Source of the DNA: Phoronis australis
Taxonomy: Eukaryota > Animalia > Phoronida
NCBI GenBank assembly: GCA_002633005.1
Contig: NMRA01000785.1
Location: 62,001-126,000, forward strand
Reading direction: 5' to 3'
DNA: 64,000 bases
The notes beneath the pieces are model-generated. The model did no database searches and was not told the origin of the DNA. It saw only the letters and a list, made by a program, of their open reading frames with translations. The position numbers were made by a program, and so were the translations under genes. This document shows, in pieces, positions 1-12,025 of the stretch (positions within the stretch are counted from its first letter, which is position 1; each line of letters opens with the position of its first letter).

Positions 1-467
1 ATCTCAACTTGACAGTAAAAGGTGTTTCTGGCATCTAAGAAAAACGGACACTCAAACAGAAAATGTAGTTCAGTTTCGACCTGACCAGTGTGACAAAGAC
101 CGCAAATTCTGTCATCAAAATTTAGAGAACGAAAACGCCCAACCTTAACCAATAGCTATAGGGTTCCGGTTTTAATTTGAGCAAGAATTGACCTACTAGG
201 CCGAGTTAAGTCTAAATGCACGTAAGGCTCAACTTCAAAGACATTCTTCATCAAAACATAGGTTCTTAATTTTGGTTTCGAACGGCTTTCAAACAACCAC
301 CTATTACAGGCTAAATCCTGCAAAATATTCTTACAGTGAGACAGATTAACTGAACGTAAGTCATGAAAACAATCCGAAATCCCTAATTCTTCAAAAATGC
401 TCAAGATTTCAGACGACCAATTATTAGTACAAGTAGTGTAGTCCCACCATAAGAGAGGCTCTGACAA
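1..467 (-). mobile_element. Degenerate non-LTR retrotransposon (LINE-type) ORF2 C-terminal fragment
   Basis: The ORF at 156..467 reads ...SKPKLRTYVLMKNVFEVEPYVHLDLTRPSRSILAQIKTGTL. After an in-frame TAG it continues LLVKVGRFRSLNFDDRICGLCHTGQVETELHFLFECP, the usual post-RT region with a CxxC...H....C zinc-knuckle-like motif. The in-frame stop indicates an inactive copy. Confidence 0.85.
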
Positions 468-3386
468 AACAAGTCACGCAAATGTCCCAGTCTTACCAAC
501 CTGTTCAGGATTAGCTTCTGTATTGTCATGAACATGCTACATGTATTCAAGCCATATTCGTAATATGTTTATTTGGAATTCTTCCTTGCTACAGAACGTC
601 CCGCATAGTCTATAATTTTAAAGGAATATCATGACATTCCATGAAAGAACACTTATACATGTCAAGCCATTATAAATTTTACATGTACCAGTAAGTTTTG
701 AAAAAAAAATCCGTATTTTCATTGAGAATACATCAGATAAGTGTTCAAGGCTTCACGTGATACGGAACACTGTTGGGAGAACGTAAATTTAAAGCGTAGA
801 AATATAAGCTACGAAATATATTTCAAAAATCCGAAAGGTCTTCCTAGTCTTTTTAAATCAGTAAGACATACATGTAGGAGTAAGTAGTATTTAAATATTG
901 ATATTTATGAAAACCACAGACGCAACAGGGATTTCCAGGTGGTCCTTAATGTAGTCACGAATTTGTTCCTGGTTCTACGCTCTGTGATTGTAGCAAAAAT
1001 ACTTCGATGTTTGAAATGAAAAAAATGCAACATGGTAAACATATGGAGTAGCGCGAGGGCAACAAATACAGTCCTACGGCTTCATATGTTGTGCAAACAC
1101 CGGTATAGGTCATTTGTAGATACTGTTAAAACTTCAAACCTTATCCCCTGATAAGATTACATGCCTTACATTTAAAGTACTGTTTTACATTGTCACTTTG
1201 AGATGTTTTTGCCGTAATGTCATTGCAGTCATCGTAAGATTTTCATAACTTTTACGCAACTGGTACCAGAAAACTTAGTGAATCTGCCGCTGCTCCCGGC
1301 CCCCTTACACGAGAAATTCATAAAACGTGGGAGGCGTCCGAAAAACTGGATTGTGAGCGGCAGTCTCATAAATTGGCGATTCGGAAAATGCTCTCGATTC
1401 AGATTAGTTGCCCTCTTCCCTCCCACATTATTGCCTGTGTGTACAGTAACTATTAGCTTGTTATAAATGATCACAAACACACCTGGCGATAATGTATGCT
1501 GGTTCCGGCTGACGGATTCTCTCACGTACCGGCTCGTACGTGAGTCAAATCACGTCTTGGAGTTTATTACGTATGTCGTCAGAATTTGGTTAGCTGGGAA
1601 ACTCTAAAGACACATAATGTTGTCTGCTATTATGCAAACCTTATCGTATTAAATATCAACGGATTACCCATCAAACAATCGTGTGTACACACATAACGAG
1701 TGCGCTGAGAACGCAGACTATTTACAGATTGTTTCGAATTGTGAACGGTAGGTGGCAGTGCGTTAAATAGTTATTGGTAAGTAAACCGATTATAATTATT
1801 GACTTATTGACTTCATTGTCTGTGTATATAAGTGTTGGTAGATCAGTTTCTCCGTTGGGTTGGGACTGTGTTGGCAAACAAAGCTTAGACGAGGCAGAAC
1901 AGATACGTTAGCCTGGTATGAACACATGCTTGTTTACTTGAGAAAGTGGGTGCATGAGTCCCTTGACAACTGAGGAGGGGGTGGGCGGGAGTGTTAATAA
2001 CCCGCTGGTGAAGGCTTGTGAAACACCAGTATATTGCTGGTTCTTGGCATTGAGTTACCGACAACGTTCAGGAATAAATAAGCAGTGACCCACAGCTGTG
2101 GTACAACAGTATACTCAGAGCTATAGGTGTACTCAGTGAGTTGGTATTTCATCACCCCGTTTAGTGAATGATCCGTCAGGTCACGTCTATTGCACTTCTT
2201 GACACCTGTATTTAATCAGGGTATTTGTACACGCAGATGTCGCTTATTTCCCATACGCACGCGAACCACAAGGCTACTGGGTTCATGTGCTTGGAAGCAC
2301 ATGCGATCACGAATTACATTAGAAAATGGGTGATCCCTGAATTTAAGAATAATTCATAATAGATGAATAACTTAATTGTTGTTTTCTATTTGCCTTGAGG
2401 TGCTTCATGTACACTAAAGGCACAATAAAATCGCGCCATCAACTTCTGATTTAGCTAATTTACCAAAATCGGTCCCTTCCTCTGTGGTTACTTATGAATT
2501 AGAAACGGTGTGTGGGCTTGCGAAACACGTAGGCCACTACTAACCTAAATACGATCACTGTATTAAGACAGTTGTTTCAGGCATTGTGGGAACTTACTCA
2601 ACTGCAGCTCGCCTTATAATTCATGAGGCTTTCATGGAAACCTCGCCCACATTGTTATATGAATGGCAACATAAAGCAAACACAAGCATAGCTGGAAGTT
2701 ACGAAATATTTACACTTTAGTGACATCTATCGACTGACGAAAGTCACCCTGTGTTCTAAAATCATGGAAAGCTCAAAACGTCAAGACAAAAAAGAAATTT
2801 TCGACGGTGAATAAATGCAAAGAAAACCGGCGGAGGACCGGAAAGGAAGTGGAACTCGGGCAAAATCAGGGGGGATTTGGTTGGAGGTGATGACTGTACT
2901 GTTGATACACTAAAATAGTCTATTCTCGCTCTAACATTGTGTCGGCTGAGCGCGCCAACATAGCTCAAGATTTCGTAATCCTGGGTCTGGCTAAGTTTAA
3001 AGCTGAACCTGGTGTTTGATTTTTTATATACAAGATTGAGGAATTTGACTACACTCTGATACAGCGCCACCTAAACTGAAAATATGATGAACGACACACG
3101 TAAGTCGTTGTGTGTGGGCATCAATGCGCATGCTTGGTCGGAATTTTATCGATCACATCGCCACCACGTGCACACGCCTTGTGTACACTGTACTTTGGGC
3201 TTAGCCACCGGGATCGGGGTTCCTTTGATTTTGTTTACTTGTCGATCACTGCCCGTTTTAATGAATTGCAACTATTCAAGACAAAGGTGGTCGCCATGCT
3301 GCTTAAAAATAAACTAAAAGAGGTTTCCCAGAACTCAACCAATGGGAATAACTGAATGTTATGACGTCTTTCATGAGTGCTTAGTC

Positions 3387-3545
3387 CAGCCTCCCGTTCA
3401 GTAACGCTAGGACCTCGCTAAAAAGCAAGACTTCGCGAGATTACCTGAGATATAACCGTGTATTTTAAATGAGAACACGTGACCTTGACTAGACTTTGGC
3501 TAGGTCCTAGCGTAGGTCCTAACGTCTACTGAACGCACGCCAGGT
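3387..3545 (+). mobile_element. ~160-bp MITE-like repeat, family A (copy 1)
   Basis: Imperfect TIRs CGTTCAGTAACGCTAGGACCT ... AGGTCCTAACGTCTACTGAACG. Near-identical copies lie at 11860-12025 and, inverted, at about 39812-39950. Confidence 0.8.
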
Positions 3546-4518
3546 TCGTACTTGATGACCAAAAGATTCGAGATTCCATCTCGAATATTTGTACATGTAG
3601 AAACTCAAGATTTCGACTATAATTCGAGATTTCCAGTTCAGAAGTGAACCTAAAGATTTTAATGATGGGGTCATCAAGTGCTATAATCCGTGTAATCCAT
3701 AATTGTGCACACAATTACATACTTACTGGTTAGTTTCGTCCGACGAACGTAGCCTTCACGGGAATTTTGAATTTAACCAAATAATTAAAACACGGTGTAA
3801 GAGGAGATCTAGGATGTCTTTAAGGGGGCTCGCATGTCCGTGGGGGTTCTCGTGCCCCGCGCCTTTAAATCTTGTGTGCTTTCGAAGGGCAATTACGGGA
3901 GCGAATTAAGTTGTTTTGGACCAGAGATAATGGTTTATAGCCGCTTTAATTGTAGTAAGCGTGCGTGTTAGTGCTTGCGTTGGTATACCTGTCGGTGTGC
4001 ACGCGCGACTGTTTGTGAGTTTAGAGTGAGGTTCTTCTAATAAAAACGAGGTTCGGTGGTATAAATGGTGCAAACGTGTTTCCGCCAGACGTGGTCTGAA
4101 ACAGGAATTACGTGGGCACTGAAGTAAAGCTATATAAAATCCTGAGCCTTCATGATCCGTGTGTTTTTCACTGCCATGATTTTGCGAGGTCTTGGAGTTA
4201 CTTGCTTTTCTTGCAGGAAATCACGACTACGGAACGCTCTCAAGCTTTCACTCAAGCCCGTGTGACATAAACGTTTAGGAAAGTAACTAAAGTCTTCAAT
4301 AATGGATTATTTGCGTCTCTCTTGCATGCGCGCACCCAGANNNNCACCAACAGCAGCCCATCACCATCGCTTTATCTACACGTACTACTACGACTTACAG
4401 GTCGCTGCAGTTTCCTGGTAGTCACGTAGATGACTTTTGCCACTTGAAATCTCGCCATTACAACTGGTGCAAGTTCATATGATTCATGTATATATTATCT
4501 TTTTCAGTTTTGTCAAGG

Positions 4519-5133
4519 ATGATAGCGAATTACAGAGAAGGCTTCAGACATCGACCAGTGGCAGTCCTAGGCGCAGTTCATATTCTCTATGGATCATTGG
4601 GTTTAATTTTCGGGATTGTTCACGGTGCTTTTTGTCGCTCGCCAACGGATAATGGCGGAACGTTATTGTGGCCCAACTTGATCATTATTGTTTCTGGTAC
4701 GACGGGACTCCTGGCGGCGAAACGAAAATCTAAGTCTCACGTGATTCTTCACATGGTTCTTGCCGTAGTGTCCGCCATTTTGGCTTCGTCACTGTGCTTT
4801 ATGGATATTTTTATGGCCGCATATCTCACTACATTTCCCGAAGAGAAGGAGGGCGTTTCTGAAGGAGAATGTAACGTCATGGCTGTCATAGTGACCGTTT
4901 CTACATTTTATGGATTTGAGGCACTTTTGTCGGTGATCTCCGCAAGCTTGTGCTGCAAAACAGTTTGCTGTGTTCCTGGCGTAAAGGTAGTCTACACCAG
5001 GCTTGACCAAAGGAGTGAACGTCAGAACGGTAACACTGAGGCGTCGGCCCTAGCACAGACAATAGTCTCCAACAATGACTATGCAATGATGAATTGCGAA
5101 GGAAAAGGTCGAGACATTACTACAAAACATTAG
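4519..5133 (+). CDS. MS4A/CD20-like four-transmembrane protein (204 aa, single coding exon)
   Basis: ATG at 4519 follows a polypyrimidine/CAG acceptor (ttttcag, 4501-4507). Four hydrophobic helices show MS4A-like motifs: LGAVHILYG, LWPNLIIIVSGTTGLLAA, HMVLAVVSA and FEALLSVISASLCCKTVCC (Cys-rich post-TM4). AATAAA lies at about 5387. Confidence 0.8.
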   Translation: MIANYREGFRHRPVAVLGAVHILYGSLGLIFGIVHGAFCRSPTDNGGTLLWPNLIIIVSGTTGLLAAKRKSKSHVILHMVLAVVSAILASSLCFMDIFMAAYLTTFPEEKEGVSEGECNVMAVIVTVSTFYGFEALLSVISASLCCKTVCCVPGVKVVYTRLDQRSERQNGNTEASALAQTIVSNNDYAMMNCEGKGRDITTKH

Positions 5134-7759
5134 AACAGAGTTACTTCATTAGATTATTTTACATTGTAACTTATCAGTTCCATTACAGGTGAAGACGGTG
5201 CTTGTATTTATTTAAAGTTTGATTTTGACAATATTCATAATATGTATTTGTTTGTTTGCAATATAACTTTAAGGTACATGAAAGCGTGCCTTTGTTACCG
5301 TTGAAATAATGCAAGGTACTGCGATGCCGGCTACGTCTAGCGACCTCTATTGCACAAAGTTTCTTGTCCTCTTTCATCATCAGGTGAATAAATACAGAAC
5401 GTACGGTTTATCTATCAACATTTGCTAGCATTTTACATGTAGAATTTTTGTTTGGACTTGTAAAAATTATTCGATTTTTGAACTGAAATTCCTGGCGTCC
5501 GAGAAGAGGGACGGAAAGAGGCGGGTTTGTTGGAAAGGGGGCATTTTTTATTTTGTTGTTAACGGATAAGTGGGCAACGCAAAAGTGACTTCTAGAGTAA
5601 AGCTGGAGGTGAATCTATGATTGTGGAACAATGACAACTTTGTGAGTTTTATTTTCGTGCTTGAACACAAGAGGTCAGTCTGTTATACGTGAACATATAA
5701 TCGCATACAGTGAGTTATTTGAACTTTATAATAAATATCACGGCGGTTAATGGAGAGGAATGAGAAAAGGATCACAAAATTCGAGTTATCTTGCGCTTAT
5801 TTTCACAGTTCGCGAAACAGCCTCTTATTGTAACGATGAGGAGAATTGCAAGTGATAACGAAATGTGTGTCCAGTGCAACTGCACTAAAACTACAGAAAG
5901 ATTCTCTACAATGCACCTTTGTCTGGTAGAGGAATATTGGGTTGTTGATATTGGATGTCCCAAACGACGGATGGGGGCACTTCGTTTTATGATTAAAAAA
6001 AAACTACCTGTGACATACGACTTTGCAAGTTATAATGAAGCGCCAATTAATTATTGCTCGATAACGATTACTTCCTAAAGATATAGTTGTATAATCTGGG
6101 AGGGAAGTCGAATCTCGTGCGAGACAACCATGACGGAGAGCTGCATTCACTGATGGCCTCGTTTTGGCATCAACCTGCTTGGTGCTTACCTGGAATGTAA
6201 TTTAATGAACGTTTTGAAGGCTTGTATGCACGTTTCCTGGATTCACCATACTTTTTACTTATTCACTGTGATCACTTAGTATATCAATTGACACTGTTTT
6301 GTTTGCGCGAGCAAGTCAAATTACGCATACCCGGATGTAACATACAGTTAATATTGGCTTGACAAACCAAAGTATGCTAAAGTATCATAAAGTTTACACT
6401 TAAGTTTGGCGTCGAATGTGAACACGTCCAGGTTCGACTGAACAATGCTATTTACTCCGTTCCGCGAATGGAGCTGAAATGTCACGGTGAATAAGTCGAC
6501 TTGTCAAGGCAAAAAAGTATCTTTAATGTCTCTAGTTTATCTGATCACGGACCAGCAGTTGAATTAAATGACGACATTAGCAGCGGAAAAGTTTACATTT
6601 GATTTATTGAAGACGTTTTATTTGAAGGTCAAACACGAGCTTTTTAAAAATTGGTATAGTATTTCACTTAAAAGTGAAATACTATACCAAGTGCACATGT
6701 ATTTTACTGCCTCATCTACATGTACTTTACCTACTTGTCCCGCTTTTATTCTATCATCCGACACACTTTGGAAATGGCTTTGATTCGCAAACTAAAAGGT
6801 GTAAAAATTATTTAATAGATCATATTTTGTTGATAATATAATTAGTTACAAGTTCACTTGCTAAGCCATGGTAGCACCAGGCTTTCATGCGATTCGTGTA
6901 CATTTGGGTCTGCCTCCCCGGCGGAGTAGTCGTTTTACTTTCAGCTGCTACGTACATGTATGTCCGAATTGAAGAACTAGTGCGTGGCAATGATTAATGC
7001 AGGCGTGCAAAAGGGCGTCACAAGTTTTAATTAGCCCAAAATTAATGGTAAATTTTTGTTTGTCACTGAGCCTCGCATTATAATCATTGTCTGTGTAAGG
7101 AGACTGGTTAAACGTGTGACGAGCTTGAGTATTCACGTGAGATTTTCATTAAAAGTCGGACAAGACGGGCGACCAGCCTTCCGAACAGAGAACACGCAAA
7201 CTGTAACAGTTGAAGGTTCAGAAAAAACAACAACTTGCTTTTCGTCAGAAATTAACTTAATAGTTAAAACACCAACTGTTAAAAATGGTTTCATTTGTTT
7301 GAGCTTGGAAAATGCACGTACTCATGCCCCAGTTTTGTGGTTAGACCAGGTTTTAAGCAAATTGTGGTATTTCAGCGGGCCTTGTCAATTGCTAGCTAAC
7401 GCGATCCGGCATTTCAATCACTATGAACGAACGGTCAGTTGTACCAGTGCCCAAGCACTCGGCATTTGGAAATGCAAGGGAAAGTTGAGACCAGTTTTAC
7501 GACACCTCGGGATAGCGTATGTCGCAAGTAACACAAGTTACCATTTCACTTTTCTTCACACTAGAAGACGGTCTAACAGCTACATGATTGTATACTGCCT
7601 GCTAGTTTGGCAACAATGCACTGTATCATTAAACAAAAAGAATAATTGCAGACAATCTGATACACGTTGTGTCAGGCGTGCGCAGGCCGCGCATGTGGGC
7701 CCATTGCACTGATTAGCTGGAACCGTTTTTATGCTTTATAGTTAAAGCCGTGCTGAGGA

Positions 7760-7845
7760 GCTAGACACGTGACTCGAGGGTTTAGTAGTGTGACCAAGTC
7801 GGACACGAACCCACGACCTCGAGTGAAGAAAGCGGCCATACATCA
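7760..7845 (-). repeat. tRNA-derived SINE-like head fragment
   Basis: The minus strand reads GAGGTCGTGGGTTCGTGTCCGAC, a B-box/T-arm-like motif. There is no complete cloverleaf. Confidence 0.35.
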
Positions 7846-8280
7846 CACTAATTCAAATTGCCTCCTAAGACTATCATTGGCCAACGGTAACCAATCACTA
7901 ACAGCTTAAAAATTCCTTCGCAATGTACATTTACAAGTACGTGTATGTTCAATACGTATTTCTTTGAATTGGTTCTGGCTTATGGGCACTGACCGGCCGT
8001 TAACAAATGCGATGGCGTAGTATTATGGATGGATACCGCAAAGGGCAACACAGAGCTCGCTGAGCTCAACGGATACATTTACATGTATAAGCATTCTTTG
8101 AAGCCGGACAGTCCCTGCTGCCCTTCCTCTGTTTTGGCTGACGTTACACCGAGATGAATTTCTGATAGTGAGCCTCTTGAATTAACAAATGTTTTTGACA
8201 TCTGATCGCAAAACGGGGAACTCAATCAAGTCCGGCTCGCCGTGAAGTTGTATTCCACCCCGTTTGAGAAGGGGGGGGGG

Positions 8281-11024
8281 GGGGTTTGTGGAAATTCCTG
8301 GTTCGTGTTGACTTACGTAAGGTGACTTTAGTTACCCTGCGTCTCGGTATACATCTTGTGGATCTCTATTGGACAATGAAGCCCCTCCGGCAGTGACAAC
8401 ACTGAGAAAGTGGTCACAGTACATTGTCAGGGTATTTATGGCATTCACTACACTGTCACGTGAACAAACGGGAACTATCAAACAACTGCACTTGAGCTTC
8501 TTCATCTAGTCAAACATCTAATTTTATTCTGAACTTAGGCGTAATCCGAAGTAACCCCGGGTAGCTGTAAATGCCAGATAAAAGCCTGTGCAGAGGACGA
8601 TAGAGCGTGACGTACGATGACGGAGGCCTCACGGCAGACGGAGCTCGATCGTCCGGTTGAAAGTTCAGTATAAGTCGAGATTTGCGGAAGCAAGTTCATA
8701 TTTTAAACTGTCGCTGTGGCGATGAGATCGTCTTCACCTGAATTGCATTGCGTACGTAGGAATGATATGCCATAGTGGAAATCAAAACAAAGGCACATCA
8801 CCGGGGTAACCGAGTCAGTTTCGACTGACCAACTTTTAATATGGTAAGACAACTTATACACCTATCAGATGTGATTGTTTTCGAAAGAACAGTCAAACGA
8901 ATATGCGCCGCGAAACAAGTTACAGTTTTGAAAAATTGTAGCACAAAATGTAGGCCTATGGCGAAGGGCAAAACGCGCGAAGGAAACTAAGAGAATTCTA
9001 AAGAATTGACTGGTGAAGTATTGGCCAAATGTTATAGGCGACATGGGATGGGGTGTGGGGATCAGGCCCTCTTCATTGGCAACCTATACCCAACACACAG
9101 GGGCTGTTTTCACTGCGGTTCTTGAAATCCTTTAATACGGTTATTTGGTGTCATTCTAGATCCGGCAGAGGGTGTTGTCGAGTTTCCTCACTCGGAAAAG
9201 TGAGCTTCAACGTACAACGTGCAATATTTTTAGTTTTGATGACTTTAGGTAAAATTAAACCAACATACAGTTTTGCAGTAATCAGGAATAGCGCCACGTG
9301 AACTTGCCGCAGGAGAATTATTTTCACTACATTTCAGAAGTTAATTTAGAATACATTCCAAACAACGTAAAACCAAAACACTAGCGACGTAATTGTCGAG
9401 TTATCGCCGAAAATCCTGTGAGTCAATATCAAACAAGCCTGTCTACATTTAATTATGTTGTCATCAACGGTTATCATTTTAAACACTACGGCGTCCGGCT
9501 GTGACCACAGTTCCGTCACGGGTCAGGCGCAAGCTTTACTCGTCACGTGCCGAGAGCGTCTGACAGAAATTTCTAATCTGGAACTTAGGTTCAGTTAATG
9601 CATGTAATATCCGCAAGACACATTTCCTTGCCATCGCGTGCATCGGGCCTGNGGGTGTTTGTGGAAATTCCTGGTTCGTGTTGACTTACGTAAGGTGACT
9701 TTAGTTACCCTGCGTCTCGTTATACATCTTGTGGATCTCTATTGGACAATGAAGCCCCTCCGGCAGTGACAACACTGAGAAAGTGGTCACAGTACATTGT
9801 CAGGCTATTTATGGCATTCACTACACTGTCACGTGAACAAACGGGAAATATCAAACAACTGCACTTGAGCTTCTTCATCTAGTCAAACATCTAATTTTAT
9901 TCTGAACTTAGGCGTAATCCGAAGTAACCCCGGGTAGCTCTAAATGCCAGATAAAAGCCTGTGCAGAGGACGATAGAGCGTGACGTACGATGACGGAGGC
10001 CTCACGGCAGACGGAGCTCGATCGTCCGGTTGAAAGTTCAGTATAAGTCGAGATTTGCGGAAGCAGGTTCATATTTTAGACTGTCGCTGTGGCGATGAGA
10101 TCGTCTTCACCTGAATTGCATTGCGTACGTAGGAAGGATATGCCATAGTGGAAATCAAAACAAAGGCATATCACCGGGGTAACCGAGTCAGTTTCGACTG
10201 ACCAACTTTTAATAAGGTAAGACAACTTATACACCTATCAGATGTGATTGTTTTCGAAAGAACAGTCAAACAAATTGGCGCCGCGAAACAAGTTACAGTT
10301 TTGAAAAATTGTAGCACAAAATGTAGGCATGTGGCGAAGGGCAAAACGCGTGAAGGAAACTAAGAGAATTCTAAGGAATTGACTGGTGAAGTATTGGCCA
10401 AATGTTATAGGCGACATGGGATGGGGTGTGGGGATCAGACCCTGTTCATTGGCAACCTATACCCAACACACAGGTGCCGTTTTCACTGCGGTTCTTGAAA
10501 TCCTTTAATACGGTTAGTTGGCGTCATTCTAGATCCGGCAGAGGGTGTTGTCGAGTTTCCTCACTCGGAAAAGTGAGCTTCAACGTACAACGTGCAATAT
10601 TTTTAGTTTTGATGACTTTAGGTAAAATTAAACCAACATACTGTTTTGCAGTAATCAGGAATAGCGCCACGTGAACTTGCCGCAGGAGAATTATTTTCAC
10701 TACATTTCAGAAGTTAATTTAGAATACATTCCAAACAACGTAAAACCAAAACTATAGCGACGTAATTGTCGAGTTATCGCCGAAAATCCTGTGAGTCAAT
10801 ATCAAACAAGCCTGTCTACATTTAATTATGTTGTCATCAACGGTTATCATTTTAAACACTTCGCCGTCCGGCTGTGACCACAGTTCCGTCACGGGTCAGG
10901 CGCAAGCTTTACTCGTCACGTGCCGAGAGCGTCTGACAGAAATTTCTAATCTGGAACTTAGGTTCAGTTAATGCATGTAATATCCGCAAGACACATTTCC
11001 TTGCCATCGCGTGCATCGGGCCTG
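8281..11024. repeat. Tandem near-identical duplication (8281-9651 vs 9653-11024) joined by a single N; probable uncollapsed haplotypes
   Basis: Two ~1.37-kb copies differ by scattered SNPs and small indels, with the junction exactly at the 'n' at 9652. Confidence 0.85.
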
Positions 11025-11859
11025 CCATGCAATAAAATTTTCTCTCTCGCAGGCTGTTATTCCCTTCCTGCATCAGTCCCCTTCTCTGGACCAACACTGA
11101 CTTTCCGTCCTCAGGGATTGTTGCACACGGAGATGCCATCTGAAGCTGATCGCTTCGCACATTTCCCCTTTCACTTTTCTTCACAGACAAACTCGTCGAT
11201 TGGGCAGGTAGACAATTTTCGTTGCTGCTTCTTTTTTAATGTGTGAATATCCTAAACACAAATAAAGGCGTTTTTCTCTCATTACAAAATGCGAGTGTTA
11301 TCCCGTTTATTAGATGTTCATTATAATTTATTAATATTGGTCATTGGTCTTTAGAATATAACATATGAGTGGGACGATTGGCTTGTTAATTGTTGCTGGC
11401 TAAGTGGGCTCAATACCATCTTCACGGTATTTTAACATTGTCAATGTATAAACTTTGCACTTGTTTACACTGATTTACGGTTTGTAGCATAAAGTAGACG
11501 ATTGTGAAGTGATTCTATTTAAAACAAATCGATGAAAATTGACGGCTATGCATTGACAAGTACAATTTGTCCACTGTTGATACCAAGTCACCCGAGAGAA
11601 CGGAACGGTGCGCGATGGACAAGACTAACTTTAGTGGGCAGAGAATAATAATAGTCGGGACTGCGGCTGGCCGGTAATTGTTCCTTCCGCAACAGAGACA
11701 TATTTTCATGAAAAGGAAAATCTGAGTTTGGAAGTGGGATCTGCATCCACGTGTAGGAGTAGCATGCAAGAGAGTAGAATTTTGTGCTGGTGCATGGCCG
11801 GAGCCGCGCCAACTGGCCCAAACTGCGTCCGAGCCACAAGAACAGGCCCGAGCAGTACA

Positions 11860-12025
11860 CCAGCCTCCCGTTCAGTAACGCTAGGACCTCGCTAAAAAGC
11901 AAGACTTCGCGAGATTACGTGAGATATTGCCGTGTATTTTAAATGAGAGCACGTGATTTTGACTAGGTTTTAGCTAGGTCCTAGCGTACATGTAGATCCT
12001 AGCGTCTACTTAACGCACGCCAGGC
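11860..12025 (+). mobile_element. MITE family A (copy 2)
   Basis: High identity to 3387-3545. It sits between the inverted 12-mers GTGCATGGCCGG (about 11790) and CCGGCCATGCAC (about 12031). Confidence 0.8.

Noticed and set aside
7056-7712. 218-aa ORF
   Set aside because: Non-ATG start, no recognisable domain or compositional bias, and no convincing splice context. Probably a chance ORF.
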